From the IMG/VR virus record IMGVR_UViG_3300032332_002377: a stretch of DNA of 64,000 nt. The stretch is one strand, 5' to 3'. Shown in pieces: positions 44,642-53,963 of this stretch (within the stretch, counting starts at the first letter, position 1; the number at the start of each line of letters is the position of its first letter). The notes under the pieces were generated by a model, which was not told the DNA's origin, ran no database searches, and was given only the letters and a program-made list of their open reading frames with translations. Source of the DNA: a virus (Duplodnaviria; Caudoviricetes). The position numbers and the translations under genes are program-made.

Positions 44642-44650
44642 CTATTTATA

Positions 44651-45031
44651 TTATATGGAACTTTCGATATTATCAACACTTTTAGCGGCTTTATATACTA
44701 ATTCTGCAGCACTAGTGATATCTTTTATAGACTGTTCAATATGAACAGAATTGCTTTCTTTTTTAACAAGAGGGTTGTTTTTTAAAGACCCCATGATATT
44801 GAGAGAATTCTGAAGATTAACAATAGCGTTGCCTAGGGTGGATACCAGATTAGATAACGGAAACGGCAGAACATTGTTGTGTTGTTTGGCATTAGGGTTT
44901 TGATCTTGGTTTTTATTGTTAAAAAGATCATTTACCATCATTTTCTGTGCATTAAACTCTCTATTTGCTATGCCTTTAACCCATTTATTATAATTCATTA
45001 CACTACCATCTTCAGACACGATGTTTTTCAC
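44651..45031 (-). CDS. Hypothetical late protein
   Basis: GTG start 5 nt after TAAATA. Confidence 0.55.
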   Translation of the reverse strand: MKNIVSEDGSVMNYNKWVKGIANREFNAQKMMVNDLFNNKNQDQNPNAKQHNNVLPFPLSNLVSTLGNAIVNLQNSLNIMGSLKNNPLVKKESNSVHIEQSIKDITSAAELVYKAAKSVDNIESSI

Positions 45032-45063
45032 AAAATTATTTAATCTATTTGATAAATAATTGT
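45032..45063. promoter_or_regulatory. Divergent pair of late-type TAAATA boxes
   Basis: Boxes at 45037-45042 (-) and 45053-45058 (+), each 5 nt from a start codon. Confidence 0.65.
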
Positions 45064-45468
45064 ATGGAACTATTCAAAAAAGCTTTTACTTCTATACTAG
45101 AACAAGATGAAGAGAAAGGTGTAGCACAAGCACCAGCCACTGATAGAGATGCAATGAAAGCTAAGCTGGATTCTGCAAAACCTGAAGATTTTGATGTTCA
45201 AGCACCAGTTATAACAGACACTGAAAAGATGAAGCAAGAACAACTTCAAACATTAAAAGAATGGATAGGGAAGATCGATCAATTTATTGAATTTTTAAAT
45301 GGTACCACAGGTGAATCAGTACAATCCAAATTACATGCTGCAGCATGTGAGACAGTGTTTCAAGATATAGCCAGAAGTGAAAAGAAAAAGATTGCAAGAT
45401 TAGCAGCTGAATTAAGCTCTCTATCTGAAAGCTTTAAAGGCTATCTCATCTCTTCCGGTACCGATTAA
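45064..45468 (+). CDS. Hypothetical late protein (possible head-internal protein)
   Basis: TAAATA-5nt-ATG at 45064; MELFKKAFTSILEQ. Confidence 0.6.
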   Translation: MELFKKAFTSILEQDEEKGVAQAPATDRDAMKAKLDSAKPEDFDVQAPVITDTEKMKQEQLQTLKEWIGKIDQFIEFLNGTTGESVQSKLHAAACETVFQDIARSEKKKIARLAAELSSLSESFKGYLISSGTD

Positions 45469-46495
45469 TTTCAATCATTAGCATTTCTGCTTTTAAGCCT
45501 GCATAAGAATTGTTTATAAAATAATTATAATCTATCTCATTCTTATTATGTGTTGTGCAAATTTCATTTATATCTTTAAATGTAGTTCCTAGTTTTTCAG
45601 GCCATATAAAAACACGCTCTCCTTGTTTGATGAGCTTATCAGTTTTACTTCTACTAGCCATGTCCAACCACTGACTGTCTAATACCCATATTTTCTCTTG
45701 AAGCCTGACTCCGAGTAGTTGTGTTTGCTGAAGATTGGTAAACATGTTATTGCTATTCTCTTGTATACCTGCAACTGCAACCCCATTTTTAACAAAAAAT
45801 GCATCAATGGGTCCTTCAAAGATAAAAATAAAATCTATGGCTGATGATATCTTATTCATACCATATAGAGACTTTTCGCTATTTACTTTTGACAGGTATT
45901 TAGGATAGAGTCTTGAATCTTTATCGAGTATTGTTCTTGATTGATAAAATATAATTTCATTTTGATCATTATAGAAGGGAATAATAAGCCTATTTTTATG
46001 AACCCTGTCTGTAAGGGATATCCAAAGACTGTCAGGTCTATTGACTGCAGTATCTAGACGTCGCTTTTTTATCAGAGATAGAGCATTTTGAACCATTGAG
46101 TTGTTTTGATAATATTCAACTTGATTGCTATCAAATAAATTAATAGAGTCTTTAGGCAACTTAGAAGCAATAACGGGTTTATATACTGGCTTGTCATCAT
46201 CTTTAAGAAGATCTAATGGTAATATATCATAGTTTTTTGATTCTTTTATTATTTCATCGTAAGACATGTTACCAGCAGTTTCAATCCATTTAAAAGGCGC
46301 GCTATACCAGCCACAATTGTGACAACAAATAACATTTTCATCTAAAATAAAATAACAGCGTTTTTTTCTACCCCAGGATTTACCTTCTCTACATATAGGG
46401 CAACAGCCCTGATGTGTGCGTGTAAGTCTGTTGTACTTTGGTAAACCAGCGTACTGATAGAACTTCTGTATGGAGTAGTCTAATGGTATAACCAT
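45446..46495 (-). CDS. gp61: DNA primase (T4 gp61-like)
   Basis: CPIC...CHNCG zinc finger, RLIIPF, PKYL, IFEGPIDA (TOPRIM), KDINE; start placed at the ATG after TATAAT. Confidence 0.92.
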   Translation of the reverse strand: MVIPLDYSIQKFYQYAGLPKYNRLTRTHQGCCPICREGKSWGRKKRCYFILDENVICCHNCGWYSAPFKWIETAGNMSYDEIIKESKNYDILPLDLLKDDDKPVYKPVIASKLPKDSINLFDSNQVEYYQNNSMVQNALSLIKKRRLDTAVNRPDSLWISLTDRVHKNRLIIPFYNDQNEIIFYQSRTILDKDSRLYPKYLSKVNSEKSLYGMNKISSAIDFIFIFEGPIDAFFVKNGVAVAGIQENSNNMFTNLQQTQLLGVRLQEKIWVLDSQWLDMASRSKTDKLIKQGERVFIWPEKLGTTFKDINEICTTHNKNEIDYNYFINNSYAGLKAEMLMIEINRYRKR

Positions 46496-46531
46496 TAGTA
46501 TCATTATAATGTATTTTCTAAAGAAATAAAC

Positions 46532-46729
46532 TTACTTGTTATCTTTATTGGGTGCTGGTGGGATGTCTTTGACTGAAACAACACCTTTGCGGATAAATGT
46601 ACCGCTAGCTGGGTCAACATAGTGCGCTTCAACAATTTCTTTATCACCACGGATATATGTATGCAGGCGTGGTTTTACCGGTTGTCCGCTTATTGGTGAT
46701 GTAATGATTCTTGGTGTAATAAAGTCCAT
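46532..46729 (-). CDS. Hypothetical protein
   Basis: TAAATA-5nt-ATG at 46729. Confidence 0.55.
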   Translation of the reverse strand: MDFITPRIITSPISGQPVKPRLHTYIRGDKEIVEAHYVDPASGTFIRKGVVSVKDIPPAPNKDNK

Positions 46730-46733
46730 ATAG

Positions 46734-47006
46734 TTATTTATCAAGTGTTAAATTTTTTCTATACTGTTTAATGCATGTTGTGTAGATGTTTTTAGGTAGT
46801 CTTTCTACTATATCGATTATCTTATTTTTTAAGCCAAAATCAAACTTATCAGTTGGAACAGCTTTGACAGACATCTCTGGAAGAGCAAGAAAATTGTATT
46901 CATTTTGCTTAGTCTTCTCCATAAAAACAAAAAGTTGACCAGCGTAGATACCAGTTGTAACAGCATATACAAAGCCTTTTTGAGGGTGTTTTTTGTTAAA
47001 GAACAT
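46734..47006 (-). CDS. Hypothetical protein
   Basis: 90 aa ORF overlapping the upstream gene. Confidence 0.55.
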   Translation of the reverse strand: MFFNKKHPQKGFVYAVTTGIYAGQLFVFMEKTKQNEYNFLALPEMSVKAVPTDKFDFGLKNKIIDIVERLPKNIYTTCIKQYRKNLTLDK

Positions 47007-47865
47007 TTTTATAATTTTCTACAAATCTTGCAACAGCATCTTTTAATGATTTAGAGAGACTGGGTAGCTGTAGTCCTAGTTTTTTTATTTTTTTATCTGA
47101 AAGAACACAGTTTGACCGCTGTGCAACAATATCAAGCTCTGAAATATTTACTACTTTCCAATCATGATTTACTAGCTCATGAAATGATAAGTAGTCTGCA
47201 ATTAATTTTCCTGTTATTACTCCTGGGTTTACTACATTCAAAGGACCAGATATATCTAAAAAGTTTTTATGCTTCAATAGCTTTTCTATGAAAATATTAA
47301 AATCATCTGTATTAGTGCCGCTATTTTTTAATTCTATGATATTATTATATTTTAAAATTTTATAAATTAAGTTTTTTGGTACAACCTTTGCATTAAATGG
47401 CATTCTTACTCTTAAAGTAATCGCGTTAGATTTTCTTAATATTACTTCACACATATGTTTTGTTAATGAGTAATAACTGCTATTAGTATTATGTAGTCCA
47501 AAATTAGGTTCATCTTTTTCAGTAAATTCTTTTTCATATCCAGTGTATATGCATCCTGAAGAAACATTAATAAATTTTATCTTTAATTGATTACATATAT
47601 TGTTTATCTGTGCTGGGACTGATACATTATAAAAGAGGCATTTTTCGCGTTCAATTTCACATTGATCGACATTAGGTGATCCAGTAAAGCCTGAGCAATT
47701 TATAATTGTATTGTAAATATTGCTTGTCAAATACTCAGAAAGCTTTTTTCTATCTGTATAATCAATGTCTTTTTTATCTATCAATGTAACATTGGTTTTA
47801 ACTGACTGCAGATGACTAAAAAGGCTGGTACCGATAAAGCCTTTACCAAGAATAAGAACTTTCAC
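46996..47865 (-). CDS. NDP-4-keto-6-deoxyglucose 3,5-epimerase/4-reductase (RmlD/UER1-type SDR)
   Basis: GKGFIG, GFTGSPNVDQCE, SSGCIY, YSLTK (YxxxK), LRVRMP. Confidence 0.82.
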   Translation of the reverse strand: MKVLILGKGFIGTSLFSHLQSVKTNVTLIDKKDIDYTDRKKLSEYLTSNIYNTIINCSGFTGSPNVDQCEIEREKCLFYNVSVPAQINNICNQLKIKFINVSSGCIYTGYEKEFTEKDEPNFGLHNTNSSYYSLTKHMCEVILRKSNAITLRVRMPFNAKVVPKNLIYKILKYNNIIELKNSGTNTDDFNIFIEKLLKHKNFLDISGPLNVVNPGVITGKLIADYLSFHELVNHDWKVVNISELDIVAQRSNCVLSDKKIKKLGLQLPSLSKSLKDAVARFVENYKNVL

Positions 47866-47897
47866 TAATTAAAAATATAAATTAATTATTCAGAAGA

Positions 47898-48230
47898 TCA
47901 ACTATTATCTCTATTAGAGTTTTGGTTGACAAAAAGTTTATTTACTAGAGTAGCTAAAGAATCTGCTTCTTGTTGACTATGGGCAGAAATAAAGTTAACT
48001 GGTTCACCATCAAAATTATAGCCCAAAACTATAAAACATGTTAAAAATTCTTGAATAGTATTTACAAGCGCATCAATATCACGCTTCTTACTAATTTTAT
48101 CGTTAAGTTTATTAACAAGAAATTCTTGAACAGCTTTATTGGTTAAAGAAGCTTCAGTTTTAAATTTTGATGGGTCAAAATTTGTAATACCCTGATCTTT
48201 GCCATTATGCTTGTTCGAGTTTCTTTTCAT
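47898..48230 (-). CDS. Hypothetical protein
   Basis: 110 aa ORF in operon. Confidence 0.55.
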   Translation of the reverse strand: MKRNSNKHNGKDQGITNFDPSKFKTEASLTNKAVQEFLVNKLNDKISKKRDIDALVNTIQEFLTCFIVLGYNFDGEPVNFISAHSQQEADSLATLVNKLFVNQNSNRDNS

Positions 48231-48591
48231 CTACATTATTATTTAGTCTCTTGACAAAATATCTCGACTTTCCAGGGTAATCAGTGTTTGTAATACCGTT
48301 CTTAATTAAGAAGTCAATAACTACTTCAATGCTTTCTGTCTTTAAGTAGAAGTTCTTAGGTATTTTTGCACCACCATCATCTAATTCAAATAATACTTCA
48401 CCCATTTCATTTTTATTAATGTAGCATGTACAGAAAACTGAATTACCTGTTGGATTAATAATTGCCATCCATCTCCTAGGGTCATGCTTTCCAAACACAG
48501 AAAAAACTCTGAGAACAACAAACCCATTATCTCTGAGTCTTTTGATAAAATAACTAGGTGTACGTAATTTATTTTTTGAGGATTTATTCAT
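48205..48591 (-). CDS. Hypothetical protein
   Basis: 128 aa ORF in operon. Confidence 0.55.
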   Translation of the reverse strand: MNKSSKNKLRTPSYFIKRLRDNGFVVLRVFSVFGKHDPRRWMAIINPTGNSVFCTCYINKNEMGEVLFELDDGGAKIPKNFYLKTESIEVVIDFLIKNGITNTDYPGKSRYFVKRLNNNVDEKKLEQA

Positions 48592-48592
48592 A

Positions 48593-49324
48593 TTAATTTG
48601 CTAATGCTGAGACAATAAACTTCATTGTAATATTGCCTACGGTTGCATCAAAAACATAGACTCCAGTTTTACTAGAAAAGGAGCAATCGAGCTCTTTGAA
48701 CTTCATAGAAGAAATTATTCTAAAGACTTCAAAATTCAACGGTATAGCTGAACTTAACTGTATTCCTTCATAATCTTCAGAAATAATAAGCCCGTAAGAA
48801 TCTACATTTGGTCTGGCTTTATCAGTGAGCTCACCTAGAACTGTATTATCTTTATATGATAAATAGATTTTATTGGAATCGGTTGCTATGCTACTGCCTT
48901 TAATAAGATTCTGTAGATTGTTGTGTGTGAAGGTAAACTTACCATCAAAAACAAGTGATGTGAGTTTCTCTACATTTAATTTAGGGGAAATAATTATACC
49001 GTCTTCGAATAAATGATATTTAAATCTAATGCTATTTGAAGAATAAGAAATATTATTTTTATTAACATTTAAATCAATAGAAGATGAGTCAATAACTGTA
49101 AGAATTCTAATGAGCTTGTTTAAGTCTGGTATGTTGAGACATTGGTCTTCAGCTTTAGTGTGATTTTTAAATGTCGCATTTAAAATTATGGTATTATCGT
49201 TAGTAGCAATAAGTGAACTAAACGTATCACCCTCTGCTTTAATAACAGCACTATTCGTTACCTTGCTTATAGGGGTAAGAAAACTATTAACAAAAGCATT
49301 CTTATCTTGAATGGAGAGGTTCAT
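48593..49324 (-). CDS. gp45: Sliding clamp (T4 gp45-like)
   Basis: 243 aa, LNIPDLNKLI..L, alternating beta/alpha pattern; near ssb in the replication cluster. Confidence 0.65.
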   Translation of the reverse strand: MNLSIQDKNAFVNSFLTPISKVTNSAVIKAEGDTFSSLIATNDNTIILNATFKNHTKAEDQCLNIPDLNKLIRILTVIDSSSIDLNVNKNNISYSSNSIRFKYHLFEDGIIISPKLNVEKLTSLVFDGKFTFTHNNLQNLIKGSSIATDSNKIYLSYKDNTVLGELTDKARPNVDSYGLIISEDYEGIQLSSAIPLNFEVFRIISSMKFKELDCSFSSKTGVYVFDATVGNITMKFIVSALAN

Positions 49325-49352
49325 TCTATATCTCTATTGTAGAGATAGATTC

Positions 49353-49700
49353 TTATTTATCAAGCAATTTTATAATTGTATTAAGCTGAGAAGATATTTT
49401 ATCTAGAGCTTCTTGTACTACATTGGTAGTAATGGGTGGTGCAGCAGAGAATTGTGGAGCAGCTACAGGTGCATTAATTTGAGGTTGCTGTGGTCTGGGA
49501 GCTGGTTGTTGCTGCGCAGGAGCTTGTTGTACCGGTATAGAGTTTAAAATATTTTGTACATTGAGAATATTACCTTTGAGAGTATTAGTCTTACCTATAA
49601 TATTTTTATCTAGTTCTTTTATTTCTCCTAGATTCTGTCCCATAAACTGAAGAGCCAGCATTTTAGCTTCTTCAGGTGTAGGTTCTCTAAATGTATTCAT
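49353..49700 (-). CDS. Hypothetical protein with Gln/Pro-rich linker
   Basis: PVQQAPAQQQPAPRPQQPQ. Confidence 0.55.
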   Translation of the reverse strand: MNTFREPTPEEAKMLALQFMGQNLGEIKELDKNIIGKTNTLKGNILNVQNILNSIPVQQAPAQQQPAPRPQQPQINAPVAAPQFSAAPPITTNVVQEALDKISSQLNTIIKLLDK

Positions 49701-49703
49701 TAA

Positions 49704-50549
49704 TTATAGATCTTCTAGAAGTTTTTCCAAGCTCTCGTCAGTTGCTGTCTTAACAGGCTTGGCTGTAGTTTCAACTTTAGCCACTACAGGCAGTTCAGTC
49801 TTTGGTTTGACTTCAACAACTGCATCTTCTTCTACATCTGACTTGCAATGATAATGTTTGTCCAGCATATCCTTTAGCTCATCATAGGACTTAACAGTAA
49901 TATACGATTCGAGATCAAAAGCACTCTTTAGAATCTTATCGTAATTATCTTCATCAAGACCTTCAACTTCTTTGGGAGTTGTAAACTTTGAAGATACATA
50001 TGTCGGATAATCTCCTTGCTTTTCTACCTTAATCTTTAAATTAACTCCTTTGGGAGAAAGATCGAAAATACGAGGGCCAAGCTCTTCTGCATCTTCGCCT
50101 TGAATACCATCCATAATAATCTTGTTTAACTGGCGACCAAAGCGAAGAATCTTCACCTTGTTATTGTTGTCACTATTAACTGGGTCATTAATAACATAAC
50201 AGTTAACAAGCCAACGCTCTGTTCTCACAATACTCTTAGCTTTTTCTTTATCCTGCTCAGTCCCATTTCTAAGAACACGGTAACGCTCTTCAGCAATAGG
50301 ATCACGCTCATTCCATGTAGTTGGGCTTGTGAGTGTAATTAATTGGCCAGTAGAAAAGCTGTTCCAGCCATGAGAATAATAATGCAAAAATGTCTTAGCG
50401 GGGTCCTTAATATTAGGCAGAAGTCGTACTGTATATGTATTGCCAGGTTCAGTACGCAAAAAATCTTTTTGCTTATTTGCTCCGCTAGAAGTCTCTTTAG
50501 TTAATGCGCTCTTGATACTTTCAAACATTGAAGAAGTTAGTGAATTCAT
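49704..50549 (-). CDS. gp32: Single-stranded DNA-binding protein (T4 gp32-like)
   Basis: VRLLP, YVINDP, KVKILRFG, FDL...G.NLKIK, YVSSKF, KSYDELK, acidic tail SLEKLLEDL. Confidence 0.9.
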   Translation of the reverse strand: MNSLTSSMFESIKSALTKETSSGANKQKDFLRTEPGNTYTVRLLPNIKDPAKTFLHYYSHGWNSFSTGQLITLTSPTTWNERDPIAEERYRVLRNGTEQDKEKAKSIVRTERWLVNCYVINDPVNSDNNNKVKILRFGRQLNKIIMDGIQGEDAEELGPRIFDLSPKGVNLKIKVEKQGDYPTYVSSKFTTPKEVEGLDEDNYDKILKSAFDLESYITVKSYDELKDMLDKHYHCKSDVEEDAVVEVKPKTELPVVAKVETTAKPVKTATDESLEKLLEDL

Positions 50550-50555
50550 ATAAAA

Positions 50556-51233
50556 CTATGATATATGAGATTTAGAGATGTTCAACTCTTTTTTTAAATT
50601 ATTTTTAAGTTTATCTAAACCATTAATAACAAGATGCTTACATTTAGAAGAATTTAGAAATTTTATTTTTTTAAGATTTAATTTTTCTAAAAAATCAGAT
50701 TCAAACATAAAGCGCAAAACTTCTGTATCAGATTTTGATAAAACATTATTTAAATTGTCAAAACTTAAGATTGAGTATAGGTTAATGTCTCTATTTTTTA
50801 AGTGTAAAAGGAAGGAAAACATATTGTTTGTCTTGTGTGACAAATATTCTGTTAAATGTAAGTTGTTGTCTTTGCAAAAGTTGTAAATATATATGAGTGA
50901 TTTTTTAGTAAAAGCTAATTGTTCTTCAGAATCGGGATCTAGATTACTTAAATTTTTGCAATGTATGGTATATGCTTTTACTGCTTTGAGTGAATTAAAA
51001 TAGCATAGATCAAAAAATTGCTCATCATTATATAGTTTATAGGAAGCAGTAAAAAACGCTAGCGGGTCAATATCCTTATGCTTGTTAAAAAAGAAGCTTA
51101 ATTTCTTGAGACAAGCACCTGCCTTTTCATCCAAGTCATTAAAGTTTTTTCTTACTGTATATGGCTTGTTTTGCGTTGTTCTTGAGGCTTTGAGATGTAG
51201 GTTGTAAAGGTATTTTTCGTAATCAGAAATCAT
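50556..51233 (-). CDS. Hypothetical replication protein (possibly gp59-like helicase loader)
   Basis: Basic 225 aa protein beside ssb; assignment from position and size only. Confidence 0.4.
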   Translation of the reverse strand: MISDYEKYLYNLHLKASRTTQNKPYTVRKNFNDLDEKAGACLKKLSFFFNKHKDIDPLAFFTASYKLYNDEQFFDLCYFNSLKAVKAYTIHCKNLSNLDPDSEEQLAFTKKSLIYIYNFCKDNNLHLTEYLSHKTNNMFSFLLHLKNRDINLYSILSFDNLNNVLSKSDTEVLRFMFESDFLEKLNLKKIKFLNSSKCKHLVINGLDKLKNNLKKELNISKSHIS

Positions 51234-51436
51234 TTATAATTACGCCATTTTAATCTAGCAAACTCTTTTTTCAACTTTTTACGTTTGCTTGGCTTATTAA
51301 AATATCTTCTGTATCTAAGCTCTTCTATAATTAAAGATTTTTGTACTTCTCTGCTAAATTTATTATACATCTTGTCGAAATACGGCTTTTCAACACTCTT
51401 GCTTTTGTTTAATATTACTTCAGATTTAATAATCAT
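51230..51436 (-). CDS. rpsU: Phage-encoded ribosomal protein bS21 homolog
   Basis: FDKMYNKFSREVQKSLIIEELRYRRYFNKPSKRKKLKK matches the bS21 pattern (F.R.V....I..E.R.R.Y/F.KPS..R..K); 68 aa, very basic. Confidence 0.85.
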   Translation of the reverse strand: MIIKSEVILNKSKSVEKPYFDKMYNKFSREVQKSLIIEELRYRRYFNKPSKRKKLKKEFARLKWRNYK

Positions 51437-51714
51437 AGTCTGTTAAAGTTCTTAGAATTTAAAAATTTCATTATATATTTACTCTTATAAAGCGTAGAAT
51501 CAAAAAATAAAAAATATTTTAACGCGTCGTAGTTATTTTTAAAATCACAATAGTCTACTAATAAATCTCTAAACCGCTGTTCTTTTAATACTATTAAAAA
51601 TACATTAGCTAAATTTATTTTTTTAGGCTCAAGCAGAGCGCAAAATGTACAAAATGATAAAAATAAATGGTTTATTTCTATTTCTGATATTTTTTCAGCA
51701 GGATTTATGCTCAT
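51433..51714 (-). CDS. Hypothetical protein
   Basis: 93 aa ORF coupled by ATGA overlaps. Confidence 0.55.
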   Translation of the reverse strand: MSINPAEKISEIEINHLFLSFCTFCALLEPKKINLANVFLIVLKEQRFRDLLVDYCDFKNNYDALKYFLFFDSTLYKSKYIMKFLNSKNFNRL

Positions 51715-52601
51715 GTTATTGGGTATAGAAGCTTGCTAAGCTCTAAGAATATTTTTGTTATTTTTCCACCAGCAACAGATGCATCGCCGCCGCCATCAAA
51801 AACTTTCTTAGCAAGAACTCCAAGATCTACAGGACACTCTCTTTTTTTTCTAATGCTTACGCTCGATGATGCTAAGTTGACACTAATAGCAATATCACAG
51901 TCATATGTTTTTATAATCTTATCACAAATTTCAGATGGATATATGTTATTGAACGTACTACACACTACAGTATTATTACTACTAATCTTCAAATTGCCCT
52001 TAAAGATTTTAAGGGATTTAAAAGTTAATTCTATTTTATCGGTAATATTGGTTATTAAATTTTCTTGCTGCTCAGTAAACCCTGCAAACCCATCTTTAAA
52101 TGTATTAAAAAATGTTGTAAGCTTGTCGTTATTAAATGAGCTAAAAAGATAATGCAATTTTAAAGATTCGGAAAATTTAAGCTGATAACTATCGTAATCA
52201 TCTATTAGCGAAATTAAAATTTTTTCTTCTCTAGTAAAAGGCGTCTTTAGTTTTTCTTTAAGTTTTTTATAAAGCAATAAAGTACAGCTTGATGCTTCTT
52301 GCGATTCTTGTCTTAAATTTTTGAATAATGTCTGTGTTACATTACGGTGATTAATATACACAACGTTAGGTAGATCAACGATATCACGAATTGCGTCAGT
52401 GATAGCTATGTCGCATATATAAATCTTTTTGTACTGTTCTTTGTTTTTTAAATTTAGAAAGTCGTCCTTAATTGTTTTCTCAGAAGTGCGTGTGTGGCCA
52501 AAATCTAATCCAATATATTTTCTTAATAAGTAATAACAACCAGCGCCGTCAATATCACAATCAGTAAATAAATATAGGTCTTCCCTGATGTTAGAGCTCA
52601 C
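51711..52601 (-). CDS. DHH/DHHA1-family protein with degenerate catalytic motifs
   Basis: DCDIDGAGC, ICDI, INHR at the DHH position, IDDYD, SVSIR, GGGDASVAGG. Confidence 0.75.
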   Translation of the reverse strand: MSSNIREDLYLFTDCDIDGAGCYYLLRKYIGLDFGHTRTSEKTIKDDFLNLKNKEQYKKIYICDIAITDAIRDIVDLPNVVYINHRNVTQTLFKNLRQESQEASSCTLLLYKKLKEKLKTPFTREEKILISLIDDYDSYQLKFSESLKLHYLFSSFNNDKLTTFFNTFKDGFAGFTEQQENLITNITDKIELTFKSLKIFKGNLKISSNNTVVCSTFNNIYPSEICDKIIKTYDCDIAISVNLASSSVSIRKKRECPVDLGVLAKKVFDGGGDASVAGGKITKIFLELSKLLYPIT

Positions 52602-52606
52602 ATTCT

Positions 52607-52634
52607 ATTTTACTAAAAAAAGTTGCTAAATCAA
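52607..52634 (-). promoter_or_regulatory. Sigma70-like promoter of the DHH-hypothetical-bS21 operon
   Basis: TTGATT-16-TAAAAT-5nt-GTG. Confidence 0.65.
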
Positions 52635-53956
52635 CTTAATGTAAGGCTATTCAGAGTAGCAATAGAAGAAGTAGAGGCTTCCGTATCGTTGTTGATCTCG
52701 TCTTCTGTGAGAGTTAGTGTAGAGTAATCAATCTTCATATTACAAACACCATAGTTTTCACCAAATCTATTCTTCATTAGACCCATCTTAATAACGCCTA
52801 ATTCTTTATCTGTGTCTTCTTGCCAAATACTCAATATTACATCTGCAGTGTGTCCAAGTCCCATAGATTCCGATAAAGTATTGAGTCCAGGGTCACTTAT
52901 GTCATAACCAGATCTATTTAGCTGTGTTGCAGAAATGATTGGGAAATCAAAAGAATAACTTATAGCTCTCAATTGTTCAGTTACATTCTTAACTCTTTCA
53001 TATGTGTTTGTTCCAATAGTTGAATGAAGTAAGTTAATATAATCAACTACTAGTGCATCAATCTTAACACCTTGATCTGTAATTTTCTTAATAAACGCTT
53101 TAAGATGATTACATGTAATTGTAGATGGTGGAAATTCTTTAATAATTAGCTTTGCTTTAGAATTTTCATTTTTGTATTCTTGTAGCTGCTGAAATAGCGT
53201 AGATGATTCAGATTTTAATTGATGAAAAGGTATTTTAGTTATATTTGCACAGATACGCTTTGCATATATAAGCTCAGGCATTTCTAAGGAAACCAACAAA
53301 ACAGTTTTGCCTTGAGAAGCAATATTAGCAGCTACGTTACCAAGAAAGATACTCTTTCCAATATTAGTTTCACCAGCAAAAACATATAATGCTCTTCCTT
53401 TCTCTAGAAACCCTCCACCCATCTTTTTATCAAGCCACTTCCATTTAGAAGGAATATATCTCTCTTCTGTATTTAAATCATCGACAATAACAGAAACATC
53501 TTCCAATAAGTCTAACCCTATATTAGTTGCAAGGCAAATATTACATGCCTTTTCAAATTTTTGCAATACAGCTGCTGTGTCAACCTTACCTTTCGTAATA
53601 TCATCAACAGTTTCTAGCATTGTAGTATATACTGCTTTCTCTTTTAAGAAAGATTCTGTATTAGCAGTGAGCTCATCAATGTTATAGCTTTTGTCAAAAT
53701 CCTTGATTACGCCAACAGCTGCTTTGAAGCTAGCTTTGAGTTCATCGGTAACAAGATGTGCTTTGATTTCTGTTACATTGGGCCGTGTACCGCGTGTAGA
53801 ATAAAAGTCTTTAATAACATCAAAAATATTTTTAATATCTTTACTTTTAAAGTATTCTGGCTTGAGATGATCAATAATAGAAGCAAGATATGAGTCGTCG
53901 GTTAGCGATTTATAGAGTATAATATTCTCAAAAAAATCTAAATCTAGCTTCTCCAT
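52631..53956 (-). CDS. gp41: Replicative DNA helicase (T4 gp41 / DnaB-like)
   Basis: GETNIGKS, VSLEM, IIKEFP, VVDYINL, SATQLNRSG, KNRFG; start placed at ATG 53956 after TATAAT. Confidence 0.95.
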   Translation of the reverse strand: MEKLDLDFFENIILYKSLTDDSYLASIIDHLKPEYFKSKDIKNIFDVIKDFYSTRGTRPNVTEIKAHLVTDELKASFKAAVGVIKDFDKSYNIDELTANTESFLKEKAVYTTMLETVDDITKGKVDTAAVLQKFEKACNICLATNIGLDLLEDVSVIVDDLNTEERYIPSKWKWLDKKMGGGFLEKGRALYVFAGETNIGKSIFLGNVAANIASQGKTVLLVSLEMPELIYAKRICANITKIPFHQLKSESSTLFQQLQEYKNENSKAKLIIKEFPPSTITCNHLKAFIKKITDQGVKIDALVVDYINLLHSTIGTNTYERVKNVTEQLRAISYSFDFPIISATQLNRSGYDISDPGLNTLSESMGLGHTADVILSIWQEDTDKELGVIKMGLMKNRFGENYGVCNMKIDYSTLTLTEDEINNDTEASTSSIATLNSLTLS

Positions 53957-53963
53957 AATTCTA

